Virus record (IMG/VR): IMGVR_UViG_3300010399_000038
Location: 7,741 to 71,740 of that record
Source of the DNA: a virus
Reading direction: 5' to 3' (one strand)
DNA: 64,000 bases
Below, piece by piece: positions 19,483 through 29,506 of the stretch (positions are counted from its first letter, which is position 1; each line of letters begins with the position of its first letter). The translations under genes and the position numbers were made by a program. The notes beneath the pieces were generated by a model. It was not told the DNA's origin, did not search any database, and saw nothing but the letters and a program-made list of their open reading frames with translations.

Positions 19483-22400
19483 TTATGTTACCGTTAATGG
19501 ACTATCAACAAATTTACAACTTACCATGTTTATACTAATTAAATCTGACGCATTTTGTCTTCTTAATTTTACTTTTAGCCAATTACCTTTCATTATTTGT
19601 CCGTTCCACTTGCCTCCATTCGTGTTGCTTGAGCGTTTAATAGAAGCCGAAAACATAGATTCGTAATTTGTGAACTCTGCTGCTGTAATATCTGTTAATT
19701 GTGCCGTATTATTAAACGCCATAACGTTGCTTGTGATTAAGGGACAGTCCCAAACTTCCGTAGATACTAAATTAACAGATTGCCATGTTTTCTTTTCCAA
19801 TCCCGGCTTTGAAAACACAGGAGTAATATTGCTTTCATAATCTACTCCAAAGAATGAATTGTATCTCGTATTATCATGCGTCCACAAAGCACCATCTTTG
19901 AAGCTAATAAATAAATTACCAAGCGTTACCATCATTTCAGGGTGGAGCGACCAAAAGCTACCAAAACAAGGTCTGTCTTCGCCACTGTCGCTTCCCTCTA
20001 CAAAGTTTATAGTTTGGGCTTCGCTGTCATCTGTCGCTTCTACTGCAAGAATGTAATCATTTAGTTTTTGATCGAAACAACCGTAACAAAAAGAAGTTGT
20101 GCCGTTTCTTAATGGTAACTCTTCGCTTGCCCATGAATTTACTTTATATAGAACTGAAATTATATGTATGCCGTTATTTGACCATCTCCAAATTAATCCT
20201 CTTCGGTTATCTATCCCGTATGCTGACCAATTAAAAAATGCTACCGCTTCCGGGCAATCCCCTACTCCAACTTGGTCAATATAATATTGAACTGTGTTTA
20301 GTAATTGATCCGATGCTGTTAATTGGCCTGTCTGGTCAACAGTTTTAACAATCTGTAAATTTATTGGTACGCTGCCTATTTTTAATTGTTGCCCCAAGAA
20401 CATATACTGATTAATGATCCACATCTTTAAAATGCCTCCAAATACCCTATTGTAATCTTGAAAGTTGCCGGGGTAGAATCTTGGTAGGTTATTAATCGTT
20501 GTGTTTGGTTCAAACTCTTGCCCAAATCTTACGGTTGCCGGATAATAAGTTTGCGCTGCATTTACTTCTACTACTTCTGCCCTTCCATTCCCATTTACTG
20601 CACTCACGTAAAAATCTGAATAGTTAGCATCGAATAACAGAAGATTTGTGCTTGTTACTGTTGGCACAAGCCGGGTGAACATATTCCTGCTCCTGTAATA
20701 CATATCTCCATTTACAAATCTGAATGTAGCGGGTTGGCTTACTGTTTGGTTTTGTAATTCTCCCATGTGAAACCCGCCTGTTATATCATAGAATTGAGAG
20801 AACTCCCAATAAACTGTTTTGTCTTCTGTTACATTGTTTGTTATTGGAGTGTAGATAAGTGATAGCATGGGAACGCTTGCTTGAAAAACTGGAGAAGGTG
20901 CGGCAACAGGTTTCTTTACTTTCACGTATTGTCTTTCTTCTGCGCCACCTGCTTCTACTCTTGTCACCACTCCAAGTATTTCATAATCTTCATTTGTCCA
21001 AACCGTACCCGTATATCCTGATACATCTGCTGATGCAATTATTTTTATTCTGTCTCCTCTCTCTGGATTAACTACTGAATCAATGCTGTTGTAAATAAAT
21101 TTATTGTTGTTGTCGAAGTAATATTGAATGTTTCCAAGTCCAAAATAATAATAATCGGTATCACTTTGGAAATCACAAGTAACATAATAAAGTTGCCTAT
21201 CGAATGTTCTGTTGTTGCTTCTTACCCAACAATATTTTGTTGCCCAATCGGGGGGAAGGTGATTTATTTCTGCATTGATAACGGCTGTTTTTGGAATACC
21301 TGCATCAAGTTCAAATGCCCCTGTTTCAATTTCAAAGTCTCCATCATCTGCTGGCTGATTCACGTATGTTTGTACTCCGGGGGTTCTTCCTTTGGTATCA
21401 AAATAAACGAGTCCATATCTATACCTGCTATACCAAGGCCATCCTGTTGCGCTTGCGATGCTTGTAGAACCTGTGCCGGGAGTTACTGTTACTTGAAGGA
21501 TATATGCGCCTACCGGGAGATTAGCGGTGAATGTATTTCCACCAACGGATATTGCATAAGAAGAATGGTTGGCTAAAATATAATTGAACATTCCCGTTGC
21601 TACGCTACTTGAAGTATCTCCCCCTATTGAAGTGTACGTTGCAAGGGTTATAACTTGTGGTGGGGTTGATGGTGGAATAAAAGGAATAAATGCTCTCACT
21701 GTATAAACCGTTCCCGTTGGTACATTTGCTCCAACGGTAAATAAAAAGTTTAAATTATCCTGAATATAAGTTAATGACGGGTCGCCAAGTTCAACCCCCG
21801 TATTTTTAATCATGGTAACGGTCATCTCTACATCTAAAACATCTTGCCCTAAATTATCATACCCTTCCGTTATTGCTCCATATACTAATACATTACCGTT
21901 TGCAAGCACCATAGATTTTGCAAGTAATGGGAAGTAATCAAATAGTTGATTTGATTCTCTGGTGTCAAGTGAAGTTGGTATATTATCATTGTAAAAATTG
22001 TATTGATACTGTGTTTCATCGGCTATACCTAACTGTTCTTTATTGAGTGAAATGGTTAGCAGCATATCGTTCCATCCGTTACCTGCAAGTTCCCTGAATC
22101 CAATTTCAATATCGGTTACATTTTTTTTACCTGTTGTTATTGTGGTGGCTATGAAATTATTTTTTGTTGGGTCGCTATCATCATCTGTCCCTACAAGTCC
22201 TGCTGGAAGTGGTGTATCTGACCAAGGCGACCATGTACTACGGGAAAAATCATCATACTTCCAACGGTATCTTAATTGGTAAAGTTTTTTTCTAAGCCCA
22301 TTGGTACTTCTATTTGAATCGTTACCATAAGCAACAGTAGCGGGTTGAAGTGGTGGAGATTTTGCGGCTGTGATAAAATCAAGTTCAACATCCCCATAAG

Positions 22401-22887
22401 TTCCTGCTTCTACTTTATCAATGATTAATCCTTTTGGTGAAACATTACCGTCTGTCCAATAAAGCAAATCCCCTTCTTCCCTATGAACAATTTCAATATG
22501 AAGTATTTTTTTAAACCTGCTAAATGCTAAAATATCTACGTTGTCGGTATCGGTTAAGTTCTCAAGTATCTTGGTTATTGTTGGAGTTGTTGAAGGATTT
22601 GTAAATTGGCATCTTAAAATAGAATGATTTCCGTTTGAGTTCCAAACAAAATAAATAACTCTTTTTCTTATCAAGTCCCCAGTTGCCCCGATAGTAACGT
22701 TAGTCCCATTAGGCAAATCGTAATCAACAAGTCTATTCCCCACCATATTTGTTGCTGCATAATCTTTATTTCTTGCTACTGCATCAATGGTAATATTTAA
22801 GGCATCCAAATAACTATCGGGACGCATTGAAAATATTTCATCGTCAAGATTCAATCCACTACGAAAGCTATTTTGTACGTTTAACAT
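19483..22887 (-). CDS. Tail stabilisation (muzzle/nozzle) protein
   Basis: 1134 aa, beta-rich. N-terminal FRSGLNLD..YLDALN and C-terminal MKGNWLKVKL, as in Bacteroidota podovirus stabilisation proteins. Confidence 0.75.
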   Translation of the reverse strand: MLNVQNSFRSGLNLDDEIFSMRPDSYLDALNITIDAVARNKDYAATNMVGNRLVDYDLPNGTNVTIGATGDLIRKRVIYFVWNSNGNHSILRCQFTNPSTTPTITKILENLTDTDNVDILAFSRFKKILHIEIVHREEGDLLYWTDGNVSPKGLIIDKVEAGTYGDVELDFITAAKSPPLQPATVAYGNDSNRSTNGLRKKLYQLRYRWKYDDFSRSTWSPWSDTPLPAGLVGTDDDSDPTKNNFIATTITTGKKNVTDIEIGFRELAGNGWNDMLLTISLNKEQLGIADETQYQYNFYNDNIPTSLDTRESNQLFDYFPLLAKSMVLANGNVLVYGAITEGYDNLGQDVLDVEMTVTMIKNTGVELGDPSLTYIQDNLNFLFTVGANVPTGTVYTVRAFIPFIPPSTPPQVITLATYTSIGGDTSSSVATGMFNYILANHSSYAISVGGNTFTANLPVGAYILQVTVTPGTGSTSIASATGWPWYSRYRYGLVYFDTKGRTPGVQTYVNQPADDGDFEIETGAFELDAGIPKTAVINAEINHLPPDWATKYCWVRSNNRTFDRQLYYVTCDFQSDTDYYYFGLGNIQYYFDNNNKFIYNSIDSVVNPERGDRIKIIASADVSGYTGTVWTNEDYEILGVVTRVEAGGAEERQYVKVKKPVAAPSPVFQASVPMLSLIYTPITNNVTEDKTVYWEFSQFYDITGGFHMGELQNQTVSQPATFRFVNGDMYYRSRNMFTRLVPTVTSTNLLLFDANYSDFYVSAVNGNGRAEVVEVNAAQTYYPATVRFGQEFEPNTTINNLPRFYPGNFQDYNRVFGGILKMWIINQYMFLGQQLKIGSVPINLQIVKTVDQTGQLTASDQLLNTVQYYIDQVGVGDCPEAVAFFNWSAYGIDNRRGLIWRWSNNGIHIISVLYKVNSWASEELPLRNGTTSFCYGCFDQKLNDYILAVEATDDSEAQTINFVEGSDSGEDRPCFGSFWSLHPEMMVTLGNLFISFKDGALWTHDNTRYNSFFGVDYESNITPVFSKPGLEKKTWQSVNLVSTEVWDCPLITSNVMAFNNTAQLTDITAAEFTNYESMFSASIKRSSNTNGGKWNGQIMKGNWLKVKLRRQNASDLISINMVSCKFVDSPLTVT

Positions 22888-22888
22888 A

Positions 22889-23164
22889 TTATAAAGGCGG
22901 ATTATCTTTTGTTGCTAATCTTGCAGGAACAATCGTATATGGAATATTTTGGCTGGCTATTCTGCACACTACATCTGATTCTTTGAACATCACAGTATCG
23001 CCACCATATATATACGTTGCCCCACCATCCCAAACCTGATAAATACTTCCCCATCTTAAAATACCATTTGGTGCTGTATTGGCTACCCCAGATGAACTCA
23101 CCATTGTTCCCGTCCCATATATTGCTATATGCCCTATTGGTAATACTATTGGTAAATTCGGCAT
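22889..23164 (-). CDS. Small virion-module protein
   Basis: Tightly packed in the operon. Confidence 0.6.
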   Translation of the reverse strand: MPNLPIVLPIGHIAIYGTGTMVSSSGVANTAPNGILRWGSIYQVWDGGATYIYGGDTVMFKESDVVCRIASQNIPYTIVPARLATKDNPPL

Positions 23165-23461
23165 CTATGGTATTTCTAAATTATTTATTTCAAAATCATA
23201 ATCAACCAACCCGGATGTAGCAAGTTTTATTTGCTCCCCCTTCTCTAACACTCTTGGTATCTCACTTGTATAAATTCCATTCGCATTTATCGTCCCTCCA
23301 TAGGGAGCAATCACAACCGTTCTGCTATCCTTAATCAAATACACATTGCATACAACAGAACCTCCCGTCATATTTACCAAAGTAAAATTCTCTATTACCA
23401 TTGGTAAGTCTTGCGATTGGCTTAACACTACCCCGTTTATATTTCCACGAAAAGGCCACAT
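23165..23461 (-). CDS. Small beta-sandwich virion-module protein
   Basis: Contains the PRVLEKGEQIK-type motif seen in small structural proteins. Confidence 0.55.
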   Translation of the reverse strand: MWPFRGNINGVVLSQSQDLPMVIENFTLVNMTGGSVVCNVYLIKDSRTVVIAPYGGTINANGIYTSEIPRVLEKGEQIKLATSGLVDYDFEINNLEIP

Positions 23462-23467
23462 TCATTT

Positions 23468-24238
23468 TTATGTTTTAATTGCCTGCCTGCTTGACTCCTG
23501 ATGAATTTGATATTTTTCAAAAATCGTACTCCCCTTCCATTGGGCAATAGCATTTCTTCTCTCATTATAAAATTCATGCTTGGCATCTCTCGCTGCTCCA
23601 AGTTGCATATGACTTCTCACCGATCTTGCCTTACCATCTTTCCACCAAAGCCATGCGATTACCGCTTCCCTGAATTGAACGGGTACATAATAATCTTGCC
23701 CTTGTTGTGGTGAAGCCACATATTCAACCATCAAATAATCTTCTTGGTAATGTTCGTCTAAAAGAATAACTCCATTATCAACATCAACTTTAAAACTTCC
23801 TGCGAATGGTGCGCCACTTGGAACTCCATAAATATTTGTATAAACATTCCCGTTCCAATAGTTGTACCATACGTTTTGTCCTGAATTAAAATCTGCACCT
23901 ATGGTAGTGTCATCTTGTGTTACGGTTATTCTATCAGGCCATAGGTCGGCAAATGTTGTTAGTTTATCATTATACCAAAGTGGGATGATTTCACCCCTGC
24001 TATTTAATCTTCCAATCTTTGTCCATTTGATATAGTTGGCAGGAAGTGTTACTGTTTTATTTGCATTGACGGGAAGTTTTACCGCCTGCACTTTATAAAA
24101 GAAATCCAACCCAAGATTTTCCATCCCACGAAAAGCTATATGAAAACTTTTAAAGTAATCATTATTACTCTTACCTGCTTCCAATAGATAATCCTGAATG
24201 ATTGAATCCAATGTTATATATGCTTGGTGTTGGCTCAT
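23468..24238 (-). CDS. Tail tubular/ring (adaptor) protein
   Basis: TVTLPANYIKWTKI and YYVPVQFREAVIAW motifs typical of ring proteins; synteny. Confidence 0.65.
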   Translation of the reverse strand: MSQHQAYITLDSIIQDYLLEAGKSNNDYFKSFHIAFRGMENLGLDFFYKVQAVKLPVNANKTVTLPANYIKWTKIGRLNSRGEIIPLWYNDKLTTFADLWPDRITVTQDDTTIGADFNSGQNVWYNYWNGNVYTNIYGVPSGAPFAGSFKVDVDNGVILLDEHYQEDYLMVEYVASPQQGQDYYVPVQFREAVIAWLWWKDGKARSVRSHMQLGAARDAKHEFYNERRNAIAQWKGSTIFEKYQIHQESSRQAIKT

Positions 24239-25428
24239 TAGTATGCTGATATTTTTGACATCCCTCTTAAATTTAATCTATTGTGATTCGTGTTATTGTA
24301 ATGCAATCCATCGGCTGCAAAGCCTGCTGGTATAATTTCCATCTCTGCCGGGGTTGCTGAATTTGTCTCGGCAAGTGCTATTGGAAGATTTGGCCTCACA
24401 TCTGTTAAGTTTGCTATGGCTTCTCTTATTTCCAAATTGATATTATTAATTGCTCCGTCTGAACCCATGTTATACGGAGCGGGTTGAGCATAGTTTATTA
24501 CCCTTGTTACATCAAAAATTAAAACTCCTTCACTATCGCTACTATCGGTTGCTAAGTGTCCGAAGTAATCAATGATGCAGCAATTGGCCGGATTAGTGGT
24601 TGCTCTTATTTCGATAGTATGCGAAGCATTAGTTAATCCACCATAAATTTTTACTCTTGGTTGATAGTCGCCAAATGCTCCGCCTTCCCAACCGGGATAT
24701 GTTTGTTGTGGTGCAATGGTGGATGTTACTGTTTCTTGAAATACGCCGTCTATTCTTACCTCAAAATCTCCAAGATACACGCCGGGATTACTTGTTGTAA
24801 GGCACTGCATATATCCAAGTACCACATGGTCATTGGTGAATGTATAAGACATTGTTCCTGATGTTGGATAAACATTACTGCCGAGTGCAGTTTTGTTTGA
24901 TACACCAAACTGATGTGCTTTATTAAATCCATCAGAAGGGTTGAATGTTTTTAACCATTGCCCCGGAACGGTATATGTTGCCGAACCAGCAGGGATGCCA
25001 GTTTTTAAAAATAAACTACATAGTGTAGCAGTTAATTGGTCTTTGTATGAATCATGGAAAGATGACACATCGCCATTAAGATTTACATCATTTAGCCCTG
25101 TCATTATTGTAACCCCTTTATCTCTATCTATGGCTTGCCCATTTACTATCTCTCTTTGATAGGCTGTTGCAATCCCCGTCCCTGTACCGCCTCTATTAGT
25201 AAGAGCTTTCCCCATCGTGGCTATCATTTTATTGATATAGCTATTTGATGCTGGTATGGCTTCCAACCCCGGATCGGTGTAACTGTCGCCGTAAGCTACA
25301 ATATCTGTTACTCCTGAAAAATCAACCGTCCCATCATTCCCGCTTGACTCTTCAAAATAATCCTGCCTTCTTCTTCCGAAGCCGGATGTTTTCTGTTGTA
25401 ATATTTTTGTTGCCGAAATGCCTAACAT
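24238..25428 (-). CDS. SGNH/GDSL hydrolase in tail module
   Basis: Blocks GDSY, G, GLND and DGLH are present. Likely start MLGIS at 25428, overlapping the groES stop. Confidence 0.85.
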   Translation of the reverse strand: MLGISATKILQQKTSGFGRRRQDYFEESSGNDGTVDFSGVTDIVAYGDSYTDPGLEAIPASNSYINKMIATMGKALTNRGGTGTGIATAYQREIVNGQAIDRDKGVTIMTGLNDVNLNGDVSSFHDSYKDQLTATLCSLFLKTGIPAGSATYTVPGQWLKTFNPSDGFNKAHQFGVSNKTALGSNVYPTSGTMSYTFTNDHVVLGYMQCLTTSNPGVYLGDFEVRIDGVFQETVTSTIAPQQTYPGWEGGAFGDYQPRVKIYGGLTNASHTIEIRATTNPANCCIIDYFGHLATDSSDSEGVLIFDVTRVINYAQPAPYNMGSDGAINNINLEIREAIANLTDVRPNLPIALAETNSATPAEMEIIPAGFAADGLHYNNTNHNRLNLRGMSKISAY

Positions 25429-25673
25429 AATGCTAATATTGCATCTTCTTCCATTATAAAATGTGATTCCCCATTGATAATAAATTCTTCCCCCCAATCC
25501 TTAACCCTGAATCCAACATCTCCAATCTTTACTTTTGTTACCTTATCTCCTACATCTACTATCTGCCCCTTGTTACTTAATTTTTGTGCGCTATCAGGGA
25601 TTATCAAACCGCCTTCTGTTACCGAACTTCCTTTGAATGGTTTGAATAATATTTTTTTGTTTACTGTTTTCAT
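25422..25673 (-). CDS. groES: Co-chaperonin GroES-like
   Basis: TEGGLIIPDSA mobile loop, GQIVDVG, VKIGD and MEEDAILA. Confidence 0.9.
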   Translation of the reverse strand: MKTVNKKILFKPFKGSSVTEGGLIIPDSAQKLSNKGQIVDVGDKVTKVKIGDVGFRVKDWGEEFIINGESHFIMEEDAILALC

Positions 25674-26312
25674 TTACTGAAAATTTGTTGCCCCAGAACC
25701 GTCATTTACAACGTCAACAGGCTGACCTTTTAATATCATTAATTGTTTTATAATCCAATCTTGCATTATAGGTAAATACGTTGGTGGTACATTTAATTCG
25801 CTATCAAAATCTGTTTTATCGCCGCCGCTTATCATTGTTACTTGCCCCGTAAATGCTGATAATAATAATGTACTTTCTATGTAAAGCAACTTACCCTCTG
25901 GATAACCAATTACCTTATTTGGAATTGGCCTCATGCCTCTTTGTATGCTTACCTGATTTTCTGAAAGAAGTAAAACCGGATAACTTATTTGTGGTGAACT
26001 GTCATCCTTAATTACGAATCGTGAAATCCCATCAACTGCTCCAAGTCCTTGTGGTATTTCTGGAAGTTCTGTTTTCCAAAGAAAGTTTCCATCTTGTGTA
26101 ATGGATAAGTTTTTGAAGGTGATATAAAAACCATTGTTTACATACCCAACTCCGTCCATTTGGTAATTACCATCGTAGCACGTTTTTGCTGCAATCCCAA
26201 TAGCGGGTTCAATTAAAGTATTAATATAATTGTTGGTAATTGGAGTGTCATCACTTGCAAATCCTCCATGAATTTGTCTTGAAATTGTCTCTATGAAAAA
26301 ATCTCTCCGCAT
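25674..26312 (-). CDS. Putative tail ring protein
   Basis: Synteny; C-terminal ELNVPPTYLPIM..QPVDVVND. Confidence 0.55.
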   Translation of the reverse strand: MRRDFFIETISRQIHGGFASDDTPITNNYINTLIEPAIGIAAKTCYDGNYQMDGVGYVNNGFYITFKNLSITQDGNFLWKTELPEIPQGLGAVDGISRFVIKDDSSPQISYPVLLLSENQVSIQRGMRPIPNKVIGYPEGKLLYIESTLLLSAFTGQVTMISGGDKTDFDSELNVPPTYLPIMQDWIIKQLMILKGQPVDVVNDGSGATNFQ

Positions 26313-26315
26313 TTA

Positions 26316-26993
26316 TTATTGGCCTGTGTTTTTAATGTCATTTGAATATTGCAACACAACCCCAAGTTGAAGGTTGACACCAACGATTGATAATGCCCTG
26401 ACGATTATATTAAGCATATCCACATCATCCCATACGGGTTGTGAACTTGTTATTGCGTTATACTCTGGTATTCCTGTTACTGGATTATTAGTGTACCCCC
26501 ATCTCATTGACGGCGGATTTGAAACATAACTCATCCTTACATTTCCTAATGTTGGAGGGAAGAACTGAAATCCTTCGTGCCTTATTAAGTAAACAGGATT
26601 TGTTTGAACGGGGTCAATAACAGAATGATAATTGCTTGCCAACCTATCCTGTTCTGTGAATCTTATATTGTAATAACCGTACTGCCCCCACATAGCATCA
26701 ACTTGTATGAATCCATACGGGAAAGTTCCAATTCCGGTTGTGCTATTAATAGGAATTATGGTTTCATAAATTAGTGGCGCAAGGGAAGTTCTTACTCTTT
26801 CGTTCTCCCCGAACGCCACTATTGGTATTGGTCTTCTGACCTGATATTTTTGATACTGACCTAAAAGATAATCAACGTAACTAACTTGTGCCTGATTAAT
26901 GCAGGTTTCAAAATCCGAACTTGATAAAAATCCTTGAGCCGTGTTCTTAGCTACGGCATACTGCATTAAAATATAAACTTCGTTGATGTTCAA
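26316..26993 (-). CDS. Putative head-tail connector/ring protein
   Basis: GFLSSSDF..INQAQ and YVSNPP...WGY motifs; synteny. Confidence 0.65.
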   Translation of the reverse strand: MNINEVYILMQYAVAKNTAQGFLSSSDFETCINQAQVSYVDYLLGQYQKYQVRRPIPIVAFGENERVRTSLAPLIYETIIPINSTTGIGTFPYGFIQVDAMWGQYGYYNIRFTEQDRLASNYHSVIDPVQTNPVYLIRHEGFQFFPPTLGNVRMSYVSNPPSMRWGYTNNPVTGIPEYNAITSSQPVWDDVDMLNIIVRALSIVGVNLQLGVVLQYSNDIKNTGQ

Positions 26994-26994
26994 T

Positions 26995-27912
26995 TTAAGT
27001 AGCTATTGTTTTTAATTGTTCTAAAAACCTCCTTCCTTCATCACTATTGGTCATTGCAAGTTCTGATAGATACTCATACGGCTTTCTTGTGCTTGGTATT
27101 TTAGTTATAAACCCTTTGCCATTCGACCATGTTACACTTTTACTCTCCCCGCCTAAATCTATCTTATTTTCAACAATGGCCTTCCTTACCATCCATGCAA
27201 TTTCTACTTCTTTTGAATCCACATACTTTTGAAACGTTACAGGATCGGTGTCTGCTTTTAACATCAATTCTGTTTGGATTTCTTGCGGCTCTTTTGGTAT
27301 TCCAATTTCTTGGTCAGTCATTTTTATTCCTAAGAACGCTGCCAGTTTTCTACCAATTCCATTCTCACTACAATCCATTTCTCCTGCTTTCAACACCATC
27401 TGAACTTTCAAAAGTTGTTTCTTGTGTCTTTCTTGTTGTTCATCTGCTGGACTGTACTCGTAGAAATCTAAATTTCCTGCTCCTGCCCTTGCCTTCCCTA
27501 CATTCTTTTTATGAACCCTCATGAACTCAAGAAATCTTTCGTCTGAACTCTTTATTCTGCAAACCCCATCTACGAAAATTATATCCATCCCCCGTCTCGC
27601 TCTATTATACCTGTCTTTGTCTTTTAAGATATTTTCAATTTCGCTATCCCAAATACTATGCGCCCCATTGAGCAACCATATTCTTTCCGATTTACCCGTT
27701 TTGGGATTTTTTACATTATCACAACAGTTGTCGAGCCATGTCCTCCCTTTCTTTGGTTTGACTAATTTGAAAATAACATTGTAGTCCGTTTTCGGTTGAG
27801 CTTTTTCTTCCTGAAAAATATCTGGTGGAAGTTTTATCGCATCAAGTTCATCCAACTTGTTTTTTGTTTTGGCTTCCGTATTAGCGGAGTTAGCCAATTT
27901 TGAATCAATCAT
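26995..27912 (-). CDS. Hypothetical protein downstream of the major capsid gene
   Basis: IIFVDG..FLEFM..H pattern; position next to the capsid gene. Confidence 0.6.
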   Translation of the reverse strand: MIDSKLANSANTEAKTKNKLDELDAIKLPPDIFQEEKAQPKTDYNVIFKLVKPKKGRTWLDNCCDNVKNPKTGKSERIWLLNGAHSIWDSEIENILKDKDRYNRARRGMDIIFVDGVCRIKSSDERFLEFMRVHKKNVGKARAGAGNLDFYEYSPADEQQERHKKQLLKVQMVLKAGEMDCSENGIGRKLAAFLGIKMTDQEIGIPKEPQEIQTELMLKADTDPVTFQKYVDSKEVEIAWMVRKAIVENKIDLGGESKSVTWSNGKGFITKIPSTRKPYEYLSELAMTNSDEGRRFLEQLKTIAT

Positions 27913-27985
27913 TTTTTTGATTTTTTAAATTTGAATAAATGTTTTAAGGCTTTTGTAGCCTCCTTAATAAAGGATGTATTAAAGT

Positions 27986-28016
27986 TAGTGGTGGCTACTA
28001 ATTTTCACCACCACTA
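27986..28016 (-). terminator. Stem-loop after the major capsid gene
   Basis: tagtggtgg...ccaccacta inverted repeat just after the capsid stop. Confidence 0.55.
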
Positions 28017-28022
28017 TAAAGA

Positions 28023-29471
28023 TTAAATATTAGCAGCAACAGCCAAAAATTGATTTGCGCCTGCTGTTCTTACAGAACGATAAGTTACCATTGTTATCTT
28101 ATCAATTAAAGTCCCGTCTGTTGGGTTCATTGAACCACCACCATAAGGCCATACCCTGATGCCATTACCAACTGTACCACCACCTTGCGGCTGCATATAC
28201 ATTGTTGTAATGTTCTTCAACGGGGTGTATGTTTTAGCATCCTGAACACCGTTGTTACCAATTGGTGATATGATTCCGAAATCACGGAAGTAATCAACCG
28301 AAGGTGTTAACCCTGTTTGTACTTCTGTGTTCCACGGGCTGTATTTCTTAACTTTAAGAAGATAGCCGTCAATAAGGATTTCTTGGAAACCATAGGCCAC
28401 TGATGCTTCTTTTGACTTCTCGCCTGTTCCGTAAACAAATGCACCTGCTGGATATTCCTTGAAAATTCCATCACTGAAATCTTGTCTTTGGAAAATATCC
28501 ATCAACCATGCGTTTTCTTTAGCACAACCGTTTACGTCCATAATACGGGTGATTTGGTGCAGTTTGGCAATATCCAAAGTACCCGGAGTGTAGTTTACTG
28601 TTTCTCCGTTTGCAAGTACAGATGGAATGAAACCCTGACATCCTGTACCCACATTTGTACCAAGCAAACCTGTATTGGTTACTTGGTCACCACGCATCAG
28701 TTTTGATTCAATTGAGTTTAAGAAACGACGATCCGTTTTAACAAGTGCCTTATGCGTAAAGAATGAAGTACCTGATTGGTTTACTCCGTTAAGGGCAGTA
28801 CCAGATACGCCAGTGTCATACCACACTTCGCTCATTTCTGCGAAGTCTGTTGCAGCATAATCTTCCCTGATCGGAGTGATGTTGTTGTCAAGTCTTACGT
28901 CCAAATGTGTTTGGGTGTTTCTTGAACCTGATGCTTCACCAACATCTGTTAATCCACCAAAGATTAAGATTTCCCCCGCAAGCAAGTGTGTTGAACCTGC
29001 GGAAACAAATGCGTCTGCTACTTGCTTTGGACGAATTGTTGCTTGGTCAACTGCCGGTACTGTTTCGATTTCACCCTCGATGTTTGAAGATGCGATATAA
29101 ACAGTTTCGCCAACTCTTAGTGGTGAATAAGTACCGGAACTATAAAGCTGTGAGGCCGGAATGTTTACTGTTACTGTTGCGCCTGCTGCCGGAGATGTTA
29201 CTTGAGTCAGGTTAGTAACTGCAATTTGGTTTTTACCACGGCTCTCGTACCAAAAGAAGTTTTGATTCTTTACGAGTTCCATGCCTCCAAATGTTGCTAA
29301 CCATTGAAAAAAGTAGTCATACGCCTCCGAGCCATAGCGTTCAACATACTTGTTCCAATACTGTGGAGTGAGAAGTTGTAGGCCGCTTATAATTGATAAG
29401 GGCGTACCACTACTTCCGGGATTTATTACTCCCGGCTGATTAATGTTTGAGGTCGGTATTCCTGTTGACAT
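28023..29471 (-). CDS. Major capsid protein
   Basis: 482 aa, following portal and scaffold genes; F.WYE motif and capsid-like composition; followed by a hairpin. Confidence 0.8.
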   Translation of the reverse strand: MSTGIPTSNINQPGVINPGSSGTPLSIISGLQLLTPQYWNKYVERYGSEAYDYFFQWLATFGGMELVKNQNFFWYESRGKNQIAVTNLTQVTSPAAGATVTVNIPASQLYSSGTYSPLRVGETVYIASSNIEGEIETVPAVDQATIRPKQVADAFVSAGSTHLLAGEILIFGGLTDVGEASGSRNTQTHLDVRLDNNITPIREDYAATDFAEMSEVWYDTGVSGTALNGVNQSGTSFFTHKALVKTDRRFLNSIESKLMRGDQVTNTGLLGTNVGTGCQGFIPSVLANGETVNYTPGTLDIAKLHQITRIMDVNGCAKENAWLMDIFQRQDFSDGIFKEYPAGAFVYGTGEKSKEASVAYGFQEILIDGYLLKVKKYSPWNTEVQTGLTPSVDYFRDFGIISPIGNNGVQDAKTYTPLKNITTMYMQPQGGGTVGNGIRVWPYGGGSMNPTDGTLIDKITMVTYRSVRTAGANQFLAVAANI

Positions 29472-29506
29472 TGAATTTTAAATTTAAAGTTGTTTGGAAA
29501 TTATTC

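Noticed and set aside
24238-25497. ORF-track start at 25497 for the SGNH gene
   Set aside because: It overlaps groES by 76 nt, and the paralogous N-terminal peptide points to ATG 25428.
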